Shown: positions 38,752 through 48,065 of the stretch, in pieces
Position numbering within the stretch: the first letter of the stretch is position 1
Layout: each line of letters begins with the position of its first letter
Source: Chloroflexia bacterium
Lineage (GTDB): Bacteria; Chloroflexota; Chloroflexia; Chloroheliales; Chloroheliaceae
Assembly (NCBI GenBank): GCA_038210655.1
Contig: JBBQWM010000003.1
Span: forward strand, 49,729 to 113,728
Direction of reading: 5' to 3'
DNA: 64,000 bases
Notes under the pieces: generated by a model
Databases searched by the model: none
Seen by the model: only the letters and a program-made list of their open reading frames with translations
What the model was told of the DNA's origin: nothing
Position numbers and translations under genes: made by a program

Positions 38752-40677
38752 TTGACCATAGATGCTTTATCGCTGGCAGCGATCCGAACCGAGGCGTTGG
38801 AGGCGGCACGAGGCTATCGCATCCAGAAAATTGTCCCGACCGGGCCTTTGTCGATTGTTTTTGAAGTTTATAATTCGGCTCGGCGTGGGCGGGTACAACT
38901 CTTGATGTCGGCGGACGCACAATACGCCCGCTTCCAGATTATTCAAGAAAAAGTCAGCCAGCAACCGGGCGAACCGACCCCTTTTTTGTTGCTCTTGCGT
39001 AAATATGTCCGTTCCGGCATTTTGACCAATATCGAGCAATTGCCTTTCGAGCGCATTGTGATCTTGACCATCGAAAAGAAATTCCCGCTCGGCAAGCGGC
39101 CCTATTTTGGGGCGGCGGGTTCCGTGCCGCACGCACCCGATCCCGACGAAGCAGATGACGATCAGGACGAAGAACCCGGTGACGATGAGAATTTTGAGCT
39201 TTATCAATCGAAGCTGGTTTGCGAGATGATGGGTCGCCATAGCAATATTATGCTGTTGAGTGAGGAAGGCGTTATTATAGACGCGATCAAGCGGGTCGCA
39301 CCTAGCAAGAACCGCTACCGTTTGATCTTGCCCCACCAGCCCTATGTACCGCCGCCGCCCCAATCCAAACAGGCTTTTCATCTGGAGTCACCCGCCAGCT
39401 TTACCCGCCTCATGAGCAGTCTGGCCGAGAAAGAGCCGGGAGCCAGCCTGTGGCAAACTCTGGTTGGCACTTTTAGCGGGGTTGGCCCCGAATTGGGCCG
39501 CGAACTGGCCTATCGGATGGCGGAAGCTAAAGGCCAGACCAAAACCGAACTCAAGCTAGGCGATCTACAACGCTGGGAAGGGCTGTACAGCGAAATGCGG
39601 CTGTTGCTTTGGCCGCTCAATCCCAACTATAAGCCGGGCGAAGAAAAGATTGTACCCTCTATCGTGCGCGACGAGGAGGACGAAATCGTGGCCTTTGCGC
39701 CCTACGAGATTCGTCAGTTCCGCTCGAAAGGGCTGGAACCGCAGTTGGTCGAAAGTGTTAGCCGGGCAGCGGAAGAATATTTCGGGCAGACCGAGGCGGT
39801 TGGTGGGCAATCTCAGCGCAAGGCCCAGATTGCTCTCATGCTCGGCGAACATCAGGAGCGCTTGCGCCGCCGGGCCGCTGCAATGGAAGCTTCACTCAAA
39901 AAGGCTGCCAGTGCCGAAGAACTCAAGCGCAAAGGCGAAGCAATTTACGCTCACCTGTGGGAGATACAGCCCGGCCAGACTAAGCTGGTCGCCGATGGTC
40001 TCTCGGTCGATCTTGACCCCGACCGTACCCCCAGCGAGAACGCCCAAACTTATTTCCGCGACTATGATAAAGGGCGGCAGGCGTTGGCGGGGGTTCCCGA
40101 ACTGCTCGAAGAAGCCCGCTATGAAATGAGTTATCTGGATGAGATGCTGACCGCTCTTGACCTGGCGGAGAGCTTTGAAGAGGTGGTCGGTATTCGGGCC
40201 GAACTATCCGAAAACGGCTACGGTTCGCGGGTGACGGCAAAAGAGGCCGTCAAAACCCGCACTACCCGGCCCAAGAAACGCAAACTACCCCAAACCCCCA
40301 CCTTTACCTCGCCGGATGGTTTTAGTATCTTTGTCGGCAAGAGCGCCCAGCATAACGATTTTGTGACTTTCGAGCTGGGAGAAAAGTCCGATATTTGGTT
40401 GCACGCCCGTGGAATCCCCGGTTCGCATGTTATAATCAAGACGGGCGGTCGAGAAGCACCCGCCCCAACCCTCGAAATGGCAGCGGCCCTGGCGGCTTAT
40501 TATTCCAAAGGCCAGACCAATACCAAAGTCGAGGTGGTCTACGCCCCGCAAAAATACGTCCGTAAGATCAAAGGGCCGCACCCCGGTCTGGTCACATACA
40601 GCCAGGAACTAGGCTCGATCAACGTCAAACCGCAAGCCTTTGGCACTCGTCGCTCGAAGCCGGTAGCCCGTAGCTAA
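38752..40677 (+). CDS. rqcH: NFACT-family ribosome quality control protein (Rqc2/FbpA homolog)
   Basis: DALSLAA start, LLLRKY, EMMGRHSNIML, VGKSAQHND, WLHARGIPGSHV, AALAAYYSK. Confidence 0.92.
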   Translation: MTIDALSLAAIRTEALEAARGYRIQKIVPTGPLSIVFEVYNSARRGRVQLLMSADAQYARFQIIQEKVSQQPGEPTPFLLLLRKYVRSGILTNIEQLPFERIVILTIEKKFPLGKRPYFGAAGSVPHAPDPDEADDDQDEEPGDDENFELYQSKLVCEMMGRHSNIMLLSEEGVIIDAIKRVAPSKNRYRLILPHQPYVPPPPQSKQAFHLESPASFTRLMSSLAEKEPGASLWQTLVGTFSGVGPELGRELAYRMAEAKGQTKTELKLGDLQRWEGLYSEMRLLLWPLNPNYKPGEEKIVPSIVRDEEDEIVAFAPYEIRQFRSKGLEPQLVESVSRAAEEYFGQTEAVGGQSQRKAQIALMLGEHQERLRRRAAAMEASLKKAASAEELKRKGEAIYAHLWEIQPGQTKLVADGLSVDLDPDRTPSENAQTYFRDYDKGRQALAGVPELLEEARYEMSYLDEMLTALDLAESFEEVVGIRAELSENGYGSRVTAKEAVKTRTTRPKKRKLPQTPTFTSPDGFSIFVGKSAQHNDFVTFELGEKSDIWLHARGIPGSHVIIKTGGREAPAPTLEMAAALAAYYSKGQTNTKVEVVYAPQKYVRKIKGPHPGLVTYSQELGSINVKPQAFGTRRSKPVARS

Positions 40678-40732
40678 GAACCAATGCAAACTACAGATAA
40701 TTCTATCGCTTAATATGTAGAAGTTGTGAAAA

Positions 40733-41404
40733 ATGAGCAAAATTGATCGACAGTCTATTATAGAGCAATTGAACCAGTTAGGCCCGGCGCTGGACTTAAG
40801 CGGATTAGATTTATCTGGATTAGATTTATCCAATCTTGACTTGCGAGGAGTTAATCTGGACAATACTAAGCTTTGGGACACCAATTTAAGTGGGAGTGAT
40901 TTAAGAGGCACTTGCTTGAATTTCAGTAGCTTTTCTAAAACGGTATTTGACAATGCCAATTTAGAGGGAGCCGGATTGTTAAGTGCTTATCTAAATTATC
41001 TTTCATTTAAAAAAGCCAATCTCCGAAAGGCCCATTTATATGAGGCCGACCTAAACTATAGTAACCTTGAAGGCGCTATTCTGAGTCAAGCCAACTTATA
41101 TGGGGCAGACTTAAAAAAATGCAATCTTCAATTCGCTGATTTAAGTGATAGTGATTTAACCTGGGCGAACTTAGTTTGGACTAATCTTCAAAGCTCCAAT
41201 TTAGAATTGGCCGATCTGGAAGACGCTAATTTACGTTGGGCAAATTTAACACGAGCTAATCTAACACGAGCTAATTTAGGTGGTGCTATAATGATTGGTG
41301 CTATTTTGAAAGATGCCATATTAATTAACGCTACCTACAATCCCGAAACAGTTTGGCCTAGACGATTTAACCCTGAAATTGCCGGTGCTATTAAAATAGA
41401 TTAG
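40733..41404 (+). CDS. Pentapeptide repeat protein
   Basis: Continuous A(D/N)LxX repeats (ANLTRANLTRANLGGA); AT-rich. Confidence 0.92.
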   Translation: MSKIDRQSIIEQLNQLGPALDLSGLDLSGLDLSNLDLRGVNLDNTKLWDTNLSGSDLRGTCLNFSSFSKTVFDNANLEGAGLLSAYLNYLSFKKANLRKAHLYEADLNYSNLEGAILSQANLYGADLKKCNLQFADLSDSDLTWANLVWTNLQSSNLELADLEDANLRWANLTRANLTRANLGGAIMIGAILKDAILINATYNPETVWPRRFNPEIAGAIKID

Positions 41405-41523
41405 AACCAGCAACCTGGACAGACGGATCGTCCTTGTACCAGGATGGAATTAGGTGTTGTGCTATCATGGAGATGAGCCAGGCTGGATCAATCTCTATTC
41501 TATTAATTTTGAAGGAGTGACCT

Positions 41524-41946
41524 ATGGCTGATTTTGAAGAGCAGGAGCAAAGAATCGCCAAAGTGCTGGGCAAGAAAGCGGTTCCCAGTGTTAGCCACGC
41601 AACCTTGCAAAAGTATCTGGCCTATTTGAAGCAAGCCATCACCCTGCCTTGCCTGCTAACCGGGATTGAAGATTTTCCCTGGGAAGAGCGTTATGTTTTG
41701 GGATACGGGAGTAAAGCTGAATACGAGCGGTTGAAAACGACTCAACCGTCTTATACCGATACCTATGAACTGGTCAGCTTTGAGGATGAAGAGGACGATA
41801 TGCGGGGTCTTCTGGTCAAGGTCAAGCGCAAGTCCGATAAAAAGAATTTTGTACTGCCTTTGGCGGAGTTAAAGGCGGTCGATGAGCAATCGAAGAATTA
41901 TGAGTTACTTCACGACTTTTCGGTTTGGTTTGTCAATTGGAATTAA
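41524..41946 (+). CDS. CcbP-like calcium-binding protein family member
   Basis: LTGIEDFPWEE.Y..G and LPLAELKAVD..SKNY.LL.DFSVWF resemble the cyanobacterial CcbP family; GAAGGAG RBS. Confidence 0.6.
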   Translation: MADFEEQEQRIAKVLGKKAVPSVSHATLQKYLAYLKQAITLPCLLTGIEDFPWEERYVLGYGSKAEYERLKTTQPSYTDTYELVSFEDEEDDMRGLLVKVKRKSDKKNFVLPLAELKAVDEQSKNYELLHDFSVWFVNWN

Positions 41947-42049
41947 TCGTGGCTCCCATTCTAGTTTAAGGACCTATCGCGGTAAATAGATCAGCCTACC
42001 AAGATCGGTTCTTAGTTTTAGCAGATTTCAACAAAAGGACTACAATGTT

Positions 42050-43090
42050 ATGAAAAGACCTAATTTCACCCTTATTATCGGCCTGGTTTTGTTTGTTTTA
42101 GGAGCGGTGCTTTTCTTTCCGGCCCTGGCTGCCAGCCCGGAGACTGGCTCAACCGGCCCCTATAGCGTGACCGTCGATAGCCGGGGGGTGGTCTACGCCT
42201 CCGATTATGAAGACCGACTGGTACAGAAGTTCGATAGTAATGGCAAATCGCTTGGCAGCCTGAATGGGATCGGACGGTTCGGCTACCCTGGCGCACTGAC
42301 TGTCGATAAAAATAACGCGGTCTATATCTCGGATTGGGATCGTGATGTGGTCTATTACTACGACCCGGCGGGCAACTATGTAACCGAATGGGGCAGCAAA
42401 GGCGGTGGCCCCGGCCAATTTAACTTCCCCAACTTTATGACCACCGATACCGAGGGCAATATCTTTGTAACCGACAATATTAACTTTCGGGTGCAGAAAT
42501 TCGATAGCAATCGGATTTACCAGTTCCATTGGGGTAGCGATGGAACTGACGACGGTCAATTTAAAGACCCGCGCGGGGTGGCAGTCGATTCCCAAAAGAA
42601 TATCTACGTCAGCGATAGCAGGCTCAACCGCATCCAAAAGTTCGATTTTGACGCGAACTTTATTACCAAGTGGGGTAGCACCGGCAGCGGCGACGGCCAG
42701 TTTTTGAACCCACGTGGGTTGGTGGTGGACGGCCAGAACAACCTTTACGTGGTCGAGCGCGGCAATAATCGGGTCCAGAAATTTGATAGCAACGGCAAAT
42801 TTCTGGCTAAATGGGGTAGCCAGGGTAGTGCCGCCGGGCAGTTCAACACTCCTTTAGGGATTGCCATCGATACTCAGAGCAATCTCTACGTCGCCGATTA
42901 CGATAATTCGCGCGTTCAGAAATTCGACCCGAACGGCAAGTTCCTGACCCAATGGCAAAGCGACGAATGGAAATCGAAAAAGAAATTGACGCTAGGCGTA
43001 GCTTCGAGCGCGGCCCTGATGCTGGTCGGAGCGATTTTCTTGTTGCGCTGGGGGTTGGGTCGCCGCAAATTAAAAAAAGACCATTACTAA
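42050..43090 (+). CDS. Surface NHL-repeat beta-propeller protein with C-terminal membrane anchor
   Basis: Six repeats of GQF..P.G.AVD...N.YV.D..N.RVQKFD; N-terminal signal and C-terminal TM plus basic tail. Confidence 0.9.
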   Translation: MKRPNFTLIIGLVLFVLGAVLFFPALAASPETGSTGPYSVTVDSRGVVYASDYEDRLVQKFDSNGKSLGSLNGIGRFGYPGALTVDKNNAVYISDWDRDVVYYYDPAGNYVTEWGSKGGGPGQFNFPNFMTTDTEGNIFVTDNINFRVQKFDSNRIYQFHWGSDGTDDGQFKDPRGVAVDSQKNIYVSDSRLNRIQKFDFDANFITKWGSTGSGDGQFLNPRGLVVDGQNNLYVVERGNNRVQKFDSNGKFLAKWGSQGSAAGQFNTPLGIAIDTQSNLYVADYDNSRVQKFDPNGKFLTQWQSDEWKSKKKLTLGVASSAALMLVGAIFLLRWGLGRRKLKKDHY

Positions 43091-43144
43091 TCGCCCCGGC
43101 AAAGATACCTTTATTTATAGCAGAATGTAGAGAAATTGACCCCT

Positions 43145-43216
43145 GTAGGAGCGAGCTTCTGCTCGCGATGGAAGATACGGCTGGGTGTTCAATCGCGAGC
43201 AGAAGCTCGCTCCTAC
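43145..43216. repeat. REP doublet family A (opposite orientation to 27729 copy)
   Basis: Same arms; spacer gaagatacggctgggtgt is the reverse complement of the 27729 spacer. Confidence 0.88.
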
Positions 43217-43370
43217 AGATTCTTGGAAGCTCAAAGGCTTTGCATTGGGCTATAGTTCGCCTGCTTTCTAACTCGAACTCACTAGGACAGGCTGTTAATT
43301 TTGCTTTAGTACCAGCAACGTTATATCGTTGAAACAATTTTATTATAGCATAGTCATACGATTGTGCTAT

Positions 43371-43859
43371 TCAATGGCAGAGCGCGAGGGCAAGTGAAGC
43401 GGTTGCCGCTAGTGTCGTTACCGTCCGAACATGATTCCAGGCTGTCCATTTGATAAGGTAATTAGCCCAGAGGTTTGCACTATCGGGCGCGGTGGGCGCG
43501 ACGGCTGCCAGCGCATTGTTTTTAGGTATATTGACAATTATCGTCACCAGAAAGCTGCCCACCAAATAGAGTGCGCCCCCGATTAGTAAGTAAATCGCCT
43601 GTGGCTCTTGCCAACGTAGTAAGGCTGAGGCTAACATAATGCCACTGGTCGCGGCTGTACCCAGGAAAACCGTCAAGAACAAGGGATTGACTATTAGGAG
43701 GTTGATGGACTGCATAGTGCTTATACCTTGAGACGATGGTAGCCGCCCAAGAACCTTCATCAGGAAAACCGAAAAGGTAAAAAATACTCCGGCCATCAAT
43801 CCGCAACCGAGTACCGTAAAAAGCGTGAGAGCAAAAAGCCACTCGTTAACAGTTGCCAT
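43371..43859 (-). CDS. DUF1772/anthrone oxygenase family membrane protein
   Basis: GLMAGVFFTFS..M..L, MQSIN, NIPKNNAL, W..WNHVRT. Confidence 0.85.
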   Translation of the reverse strand: MATVNEWLFALTLFTVLGCGLMAGVFFTFSVFLMKVLGRLPSSQGISTMQSINLLIVNPLFLTVFLGTAATSGIMLASALLRWQEPQAIYLLIGGALYLVGSFLVTIIVNIPKNNALAAVAPTAPDSANLWANYLIKWTAWNHVRTVTTLAATASLALALCH

Positions 43860-43906
43860 AAAACCTCCTATAAATCAGCGTCCAGAGGTCAGTCTGCTTA
43901 AAGTAC

Positions 43907-43964
43907 TTTACACTGTGTCAATTGACATTGTGTAAACTATACTATATACTTTACAGTATGTCAA
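43907..43964. promoter_or_regulatory. TetR operator array in a divergent promoter
   Basis: Three TTTACA-N3-TGTCAA-type sites: 43907-43921, 43922-43936 (inverted), 43950-43964 overlapping the TetR ATG. Confidence 0.75.
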
Positions 43965-44566
43965 GTGGTGAATCTGAAACTCGAATACGCATTCTTGAGG
44001 CAACCTGGCGACTGATGGAAGAACAGCGCGGTCAGGGTGTTCGTATGAGTGATATTGCGGCGGCGGCGGGAGTCTCGCGGCAAGCTTTGTATCTTCACTT
44101 TAGTTCTCGGACGGAATTATTGGTGGAGACTACTCGGTATGGGGATGAGGTGCGGGGAGTTGAGGAACGCTCGATCCGTTGTCGGGCCGCACCCACCGGG
44201 GTGGAGGTATTGACCGCCTATATTGAATTCTGGGGGAATTACGTCCCGGAGATTTATGGAATAGCGAAGGCATTGCTGGCGGTTCGTGAGACGGATGAGG
44301 CCGCTGCTGCCGCCTGGAACGACCGAATGGGGATGCTGCGGGATTGCTGCCGCTATACGATTGAGGCTATTCAGCGCGATAAAATGCTTGCGCCCGAATG
44401 GACTTGTGAGGAAGCGACTGATCTATTGTGGACGATCCTATCGATCCAAAATTGGGAACAGCTTACGGTGGAATGCGGTTGGTCAATCAGTCAATATGTA
44501 GTTTGGATTCAAACCGTATCGAGGCGCATCTTTGTGCAAGGCGAAGGCACGCGCAGCAAGCCCTAA
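43958..44566 (+). CDS. TetR/AcrR family regulator
   Basis: RILEAT...MSDIAAAAGVSRQALYLHFSSRTEL HTH. Confidence 0.92.
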   Translation: MSSGESETRIRILEATWRLMEEQRGQGVRMSDIAAAAGVSRQALYLHFSSRTELLVETTRYGDEVRGVEERSIRCRAAPTGVEVLTAYIEFWGNYVPEIYGIAKALLAVRETDEAAAAAWNDRMGMLRDCCRYTIEAIQRDKMLAPEWTCEEATDLLWTILSIQNWEQLTVECGWSISQYVVWIQTVSRRIFVQGEGTRSKP

Positions 44567-44694
44567 ATAGGCCGGTCAAAACCAAATCCGGCCCTGGCGC
44601 ATTAGGTAAAACTATGCCAGAAGGAATTAAGCACCTTACTCGCTAGGATTTTGACCGCCATGTCTAAAGCAATCTGTAGATTTATTGATCCCAT

Positions 44695-44766
44695 GTAGGA
44701 GCGAGCTTCTGCTCGCGATTGAAGACCTAGCTGTGGCTACAATCGCGAGCAGAAGCTCGCTCCTAC
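44695..44766. repeat. REP doublet family A
   Basis: Same 24-27 bp arms with a diverged spacer; lies between convergent genes. Confidence 0.88.
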
Positions 44767-44813
44767 AGATAAGTTATAGCTCAATTGCTTTGCAATTTGA
44801 TATAAAGTTTGGT

Positions 44814-45176
44814 TTAGCCCCGGTAAACTAATGTAGTAATACGGTCGTCGGTCTCGATGAATTTGCCACTGGCGACCAATAGCGCGAAAATAAAAGGAGC
44901 GCGACGTTGGGCCTTGAGGCCCCGTACCCGCAGGCTTTCTTTGGTCAGTTCGCGGTTGCGCTGCCCGTAGTAGTCCAGCACTTCTTTGATCCAGAGCCAT
45001 TCGACTTCGGCAGCCGGTTTCCAGCCGCCACCTTTATCCTGGCTTTCCACCAGTAAACCGGCCTCGGTAATATCCACGATTCGTTCGCCCAGGGACGACC
45101 GGCCCAGTGTGGCGATAATCTGCCCTTTCAAGCGTCGGGCCGTAGCCTGTACCACCTTCATGTCCGCTTCTACCAT
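44814..45176 (-). CDS. Hypothetical protein
   Basis: 120-aa ORF co-oriented downstream of clpS; no family recognised. Confidence 0.55.
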   Translation of the reverse strand: MVEADMKVVQATARRLKGQIIATLGRSSLGERIVDITEAGLLVESQDKGGGWKPAAEVEWLWIKEVLDYYGQRNRELTKESLRVRGLKAQRRAPFIFALLVASGKFIETDDRITTLVYRG

Positions 45177-45249
45177 CTTATTCGTTAATCCTTATCGAAA
45201 GCATTTTCTAACTACTTAGTCGCTTTTATAGGTGACAGTTAACCTAAGA

Positions 45250-45576
45250 TCACTCGTCCGGCTCGATGGTGCAACCTAATCCGAAGCTGAGAATACGCTC
45301 CTGGTAATATTCGGCGGTCTCCTGTGGCACAACAATAACGATGGCAGTCCCTTCGTTGTGGGCCGTCAGCATTATCTCAAGCGCCTCATGCTCGTTGAGC
45401 GACGGCACCGACTTGATAAGGGCAACGATTACAAAATCCATCGAATGATGATCGTCGTTGTGCAGAATAACTTTGTAGGGTGGGCAAAGTTTTGAAAATA
45501 CCTCTTGATCGATGGTCGGTGTCGTCTCAGTCCGTAACCGAGGTTGCAACCCGGCGAGCTGATAATTCACTGGCAT
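45250..45576 (-). CDS. clpS: ATP-dependent Clp protease adaptor
   Basis: PPYKVILHNDDHHSMDFV, IMLTAHNEG, ETAE; AGGAG RBS. Confidence 0.92.
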   Translation of the reverse strand: MPVNYQLAGLQPRLRTETTPTIDQEVFSKLCPPYKVILHNDDHHSMDFVIVALIKSVPSLNEHEALEIMLTAHNEGTAIVIVVPQETAEYYQERILSFGLGCTIEPDE

Positions 45577-45720
45577 CTTTTTGTTACTCCTGTCTCTACC
45601 TATTAAACCAGCCAAAACCAGTCACTACTTGCCATTATTTGTTGAGAGAGAATTATACTATAGTGACTTGCGCTCCGACAAGCCTAAAAAGCTAAATGGA
45701 TCAGCCGTTGAGATTTAATT

Positions 45721-46545
45721 TTATTCGCTGTCGGTGGGGGAGGCAGTATTGGTGAGGACGACTGGCTTGACCTCAGTTTCGATCTCAGTCCCGGTTTCAG
45801 GTTCGGTTTCAGCTTTGGAGATTGCTCTAGGGGGGCGGGAAGGGGAGTCTTGCAAACGTTCGTACCAGGCGATGTCTTCTTTGGTACGCATGAGTTGGAG
45901 ATAATTGATTGTAAAGTGGGCTACGATTATGATAAAAAGGCTATTAGTAATAATAAAGATCGCGCCGAAGAGCATCCCGACCAGCCCGACCAATATAATA
46001 CCGAGGATACCCTGGGGCGAGTGCATCAGGCCGAAGATAATGCTTCCGGCGACTGCCATTGCCCAGGGATTAACGATAAGCGAAAAGCCGCCGATCAAGA
46101 GCGCCCGAAAGAGCATTTCTTCCAAAGCAACCGCCAGCAGTAGCGGTGGGATGATTAGCACCCACTCGATTTGATTGCGTGGAACTAAGCTTTTAGCAAA
46201 TTGGGGTGAGTAGATCGATTTGCCCCAGATACGGATAGCAACAGTCGAAAGGATGTTGATCGCAAAAACCATCACAAAACCGACCGTAAGACCGATCACA
46301 AGGTCGGCGATTGGCTGTTTGGGAGGCCAGCCGATCAATTTATCCAGTCTTACTACGTCCAGGGAATTAGCCAGGCCAAAGCAAAAGCCGAGCATCAGAA
46401 GCTTGAAGATAAATTCCGGCACACTCAAAAACAGGTTGCCGTTAATTTCGACAGTCTTGTTTTTCAAAGCACGGGCGCTCATATAGGCGGCCCAATAGAG
46501 GAAGGCGAGTAGGGCCAGTGTACCGATCAAAAAGAGTGGATTCAT
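45721..46545 (-). CDS. CPBP (Abi/CAAX) intramembrane metalloprotease
   Basis: EEMLFR, FGLMH, AHFTIN motifs; polytopic. Confidence 0.88.
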   Translation of the reverse strand: MNPLFLIGTLALLAFLYWAAYMSARALKNKTVEINGNLFLSVPEFIFKLLMLGFCFGLANSLDVVRLDKLIGWPPKQPIADLVIGLTVGFVMVFAINILSTVAIRIWGKSIYSPQFAKSLVPRNQIEWVLIIPPLLLAVALEEMLFRALLIGGFSLIVNPWAMAVAGSIIFGLMHSPQGILGIILVGLVGMLFGAIFIITNSLFIIIVAHFTINYLQLMRTKEDIAWYERLQDSPSRPPRAISKAETEPETGTEIETEVKPVVLTNTASPTDSE

Positions 46546-46612
46546 TGCCCTTGTAGTGGGGATTGCCGGTTGCAACCTTTGGGTAGAAGTCCAACAACCG
46601 GCAACCGCTGAA

Positions 46613-46924
46613 TTACTTTTGCGCTACTTGTTCTTCGATAATTTCTTCCCGTCCGTCCGGGTGCTTGATGATCCGGCGACGCATAGTTACTTCCGGCTGA
46701 GCAATAGTGGCCGCAGGCGTGACGGTCGAAACCGGCGGGAAGTTGGTCGCAACTGGGGCATCAACCTTCTTTTCTTGGCCTAGCCCGGTTTGGGTCTCAT
46801 CCTTGAACTCTTTGATACTCTTGCCAAGCGATCTGCCAATATCGGGCAGTTTACCGGCTCCGAAGATCAACAGCACGATCACCAGGATTATTACCCAGGT
46901 TAGTGGTTTATCAAACGCAAACAT
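46613..46924 (-). CDS. tatA: Twin-arginine translocase TatA/E subunit
   Basis: IILVIVLLIFGAGKLPDIGRSLGKSIKEFK; GGAGG RBS. Confidence 0.93.
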   Translation of the reverse strand: MFAFDKPLTWVIILVIVLLIFGAGKLPDIGRSLGKSIKEFKDETQTGLGQEKKVDAPVATNFPPVSTVTPAATIAQPEVTMRRRIIKHPDGREEIIEEQVAQK

Positions 46925-47354
46925 TTTAACTATCCTCCAAGCTTTAATGGCTTAGTACTTACGCCGTCAGGTGAACCAGATCAGCCCCGGCTTTCTTTGA
47001 GTATAACACAACCCCCTATCAAAGTCTATTACTTTGACGACCCAATAGGAGACATGGGCCAGCCCGGTTTTTACTACCGTTTGGTCTATCTATTAGTATA
47101 ACGCTTTTTCGTTACCAATTTATTAAACGTAAGTAAACAATTTTCGGATTAATCGCCAAAATTGGCCCACTTTTGCTCTTACTCTTAACGCTAGGCGGTT
47201 TCGGCCTTTTGGACGTGGTGAGACAAGTCTGCTTGTATAGCTGATTTTAAAACAAGTTTAATTGCCACTAAATAATTATTGACTTTACAAAAACCTATAA
47301 TAAAATAAGATAGACAAGAAGTTAGCTTCAAGTTAAGTCAAGGAGTATCATGCT

Positions 47355-47858
47355 ATGAAGGGTTCTGCGGTTTTTATGCTTATTATTTTAGGGCTATATC
47401 TCTTACCAGCCCTAATTGCCCTCAGCTGCAAAAGGAGGAATGCTGGCCCTATTTTTGTGCTAAATTTGTTATTGGGTTGGAGTGTTATAGGTTGGGTGGT
47501 GGCGTTGGTCTGGGCTTCTACCAAAGATACACCCAAAATTAATGTTTACAATCTGTCGCCCCAATATCCCATTTATCCCATCCAGCCGGGCTATTACGCC
47601 TACCCTCCTCAGCAAGGTTATTACGCCTACCCTCCTCAACAAGGCTATTACGCCTACCCTCCTCAGCAAGGTTACTACGTCTACCCTAATCAGCCGGGTT
47701 ATTATGGTTATCCTCCCCAGTCGGGCTATTTGCCACCTGCGCCGGGCAATTATCCAGCGCCTTACACGCCACCACCATATTATCCCACTGATAAACCAAT
47801 CTACGGTTTTCCACCCCCTCAAAACCAGGGTTGGGATCGTAATAATAAGGATGAGTAG
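47355..47858 (+). CDS. Superinfection-immunity (T4 Imm-like) membrane protein with Tyr/Pro/Gln repeat tail
   Basis: YLLPALIA...R.N...IFVLNLLLGWSVIGWVVALVWA; AGGAG RBS. Confidence 0.8.
   Translation: MKGSAVFMLIILGLYLLPALIALSCKRRNAGPIFVLNLLLGWSVIGWVVALVWASTKDTPKINVYNLSPQYPIYPIQPGYYAYPPQQGYYAYPPQQGYYAYPPQQGYYVYPNQPGYYGYPPQSGYLPPAPGNYPAPYTPPPYYPTDKPIYGFPPPQNQGWDRNNKDE
47589..47723 (+). repeat. Five tandem 27-bp coding repeats (GYYAYPPQQ)
   Basis: ggctattacgcctaccctcctcagcaa x3 plus two degenerate copies. Confidence 0.88.
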
Positions 47859-47862
47859 AACC

Positions 47863-47953
47863 GGGTGCGCGTCAATTTTTCTAATATATACTCACCTCCC
47901 CGATTTCGGGTGTGGTACAGCCTTGCCAATTTGCAAAAGACTGAGGCTCACCC
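47863..47953. mobile_element. MITE copy 3, internally deleted (91 bp)
   Basis: TIRs GGGTGCGCGTCAATTTTT / GGGTGAGCCTCAGTCTTTTGCA; body matches the reverse complement of the left half of copies 1-2; TSD agtagaacc / aataaaacc (7/9). Confidence 0.8.
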
Positions 47954-48065
47954 AATAAAACCGTTCTGCTAGATTTTAGCCCGGTTTTCCAGTAAGATGT
48001 AATTGCGCTATTACGGCGCAATTTTATTTTTTGATTTGTCTAAGGCATAGCGAGGGTGGTTCCGC

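Noticed and set aside
46960-46995. GTCAGGTGAACC resembling the SRP RNA loop
   Set aside because: Does not match GTCAGGTCCGGAAGGAAGCAGC and has no long flanking helix.
47589-47723. 27-bp repeats as CRISPR or as a second peptide precursor
   Set aside because: They lie in frame inside the Imm-like gene as a low-complexity tail and degenerate non-synonymously.
47355-47858. Prophage remnant around the imm-like gene
   Set aside because: No integrase, structural or replication genes; the neighbours are housekeeping genes.
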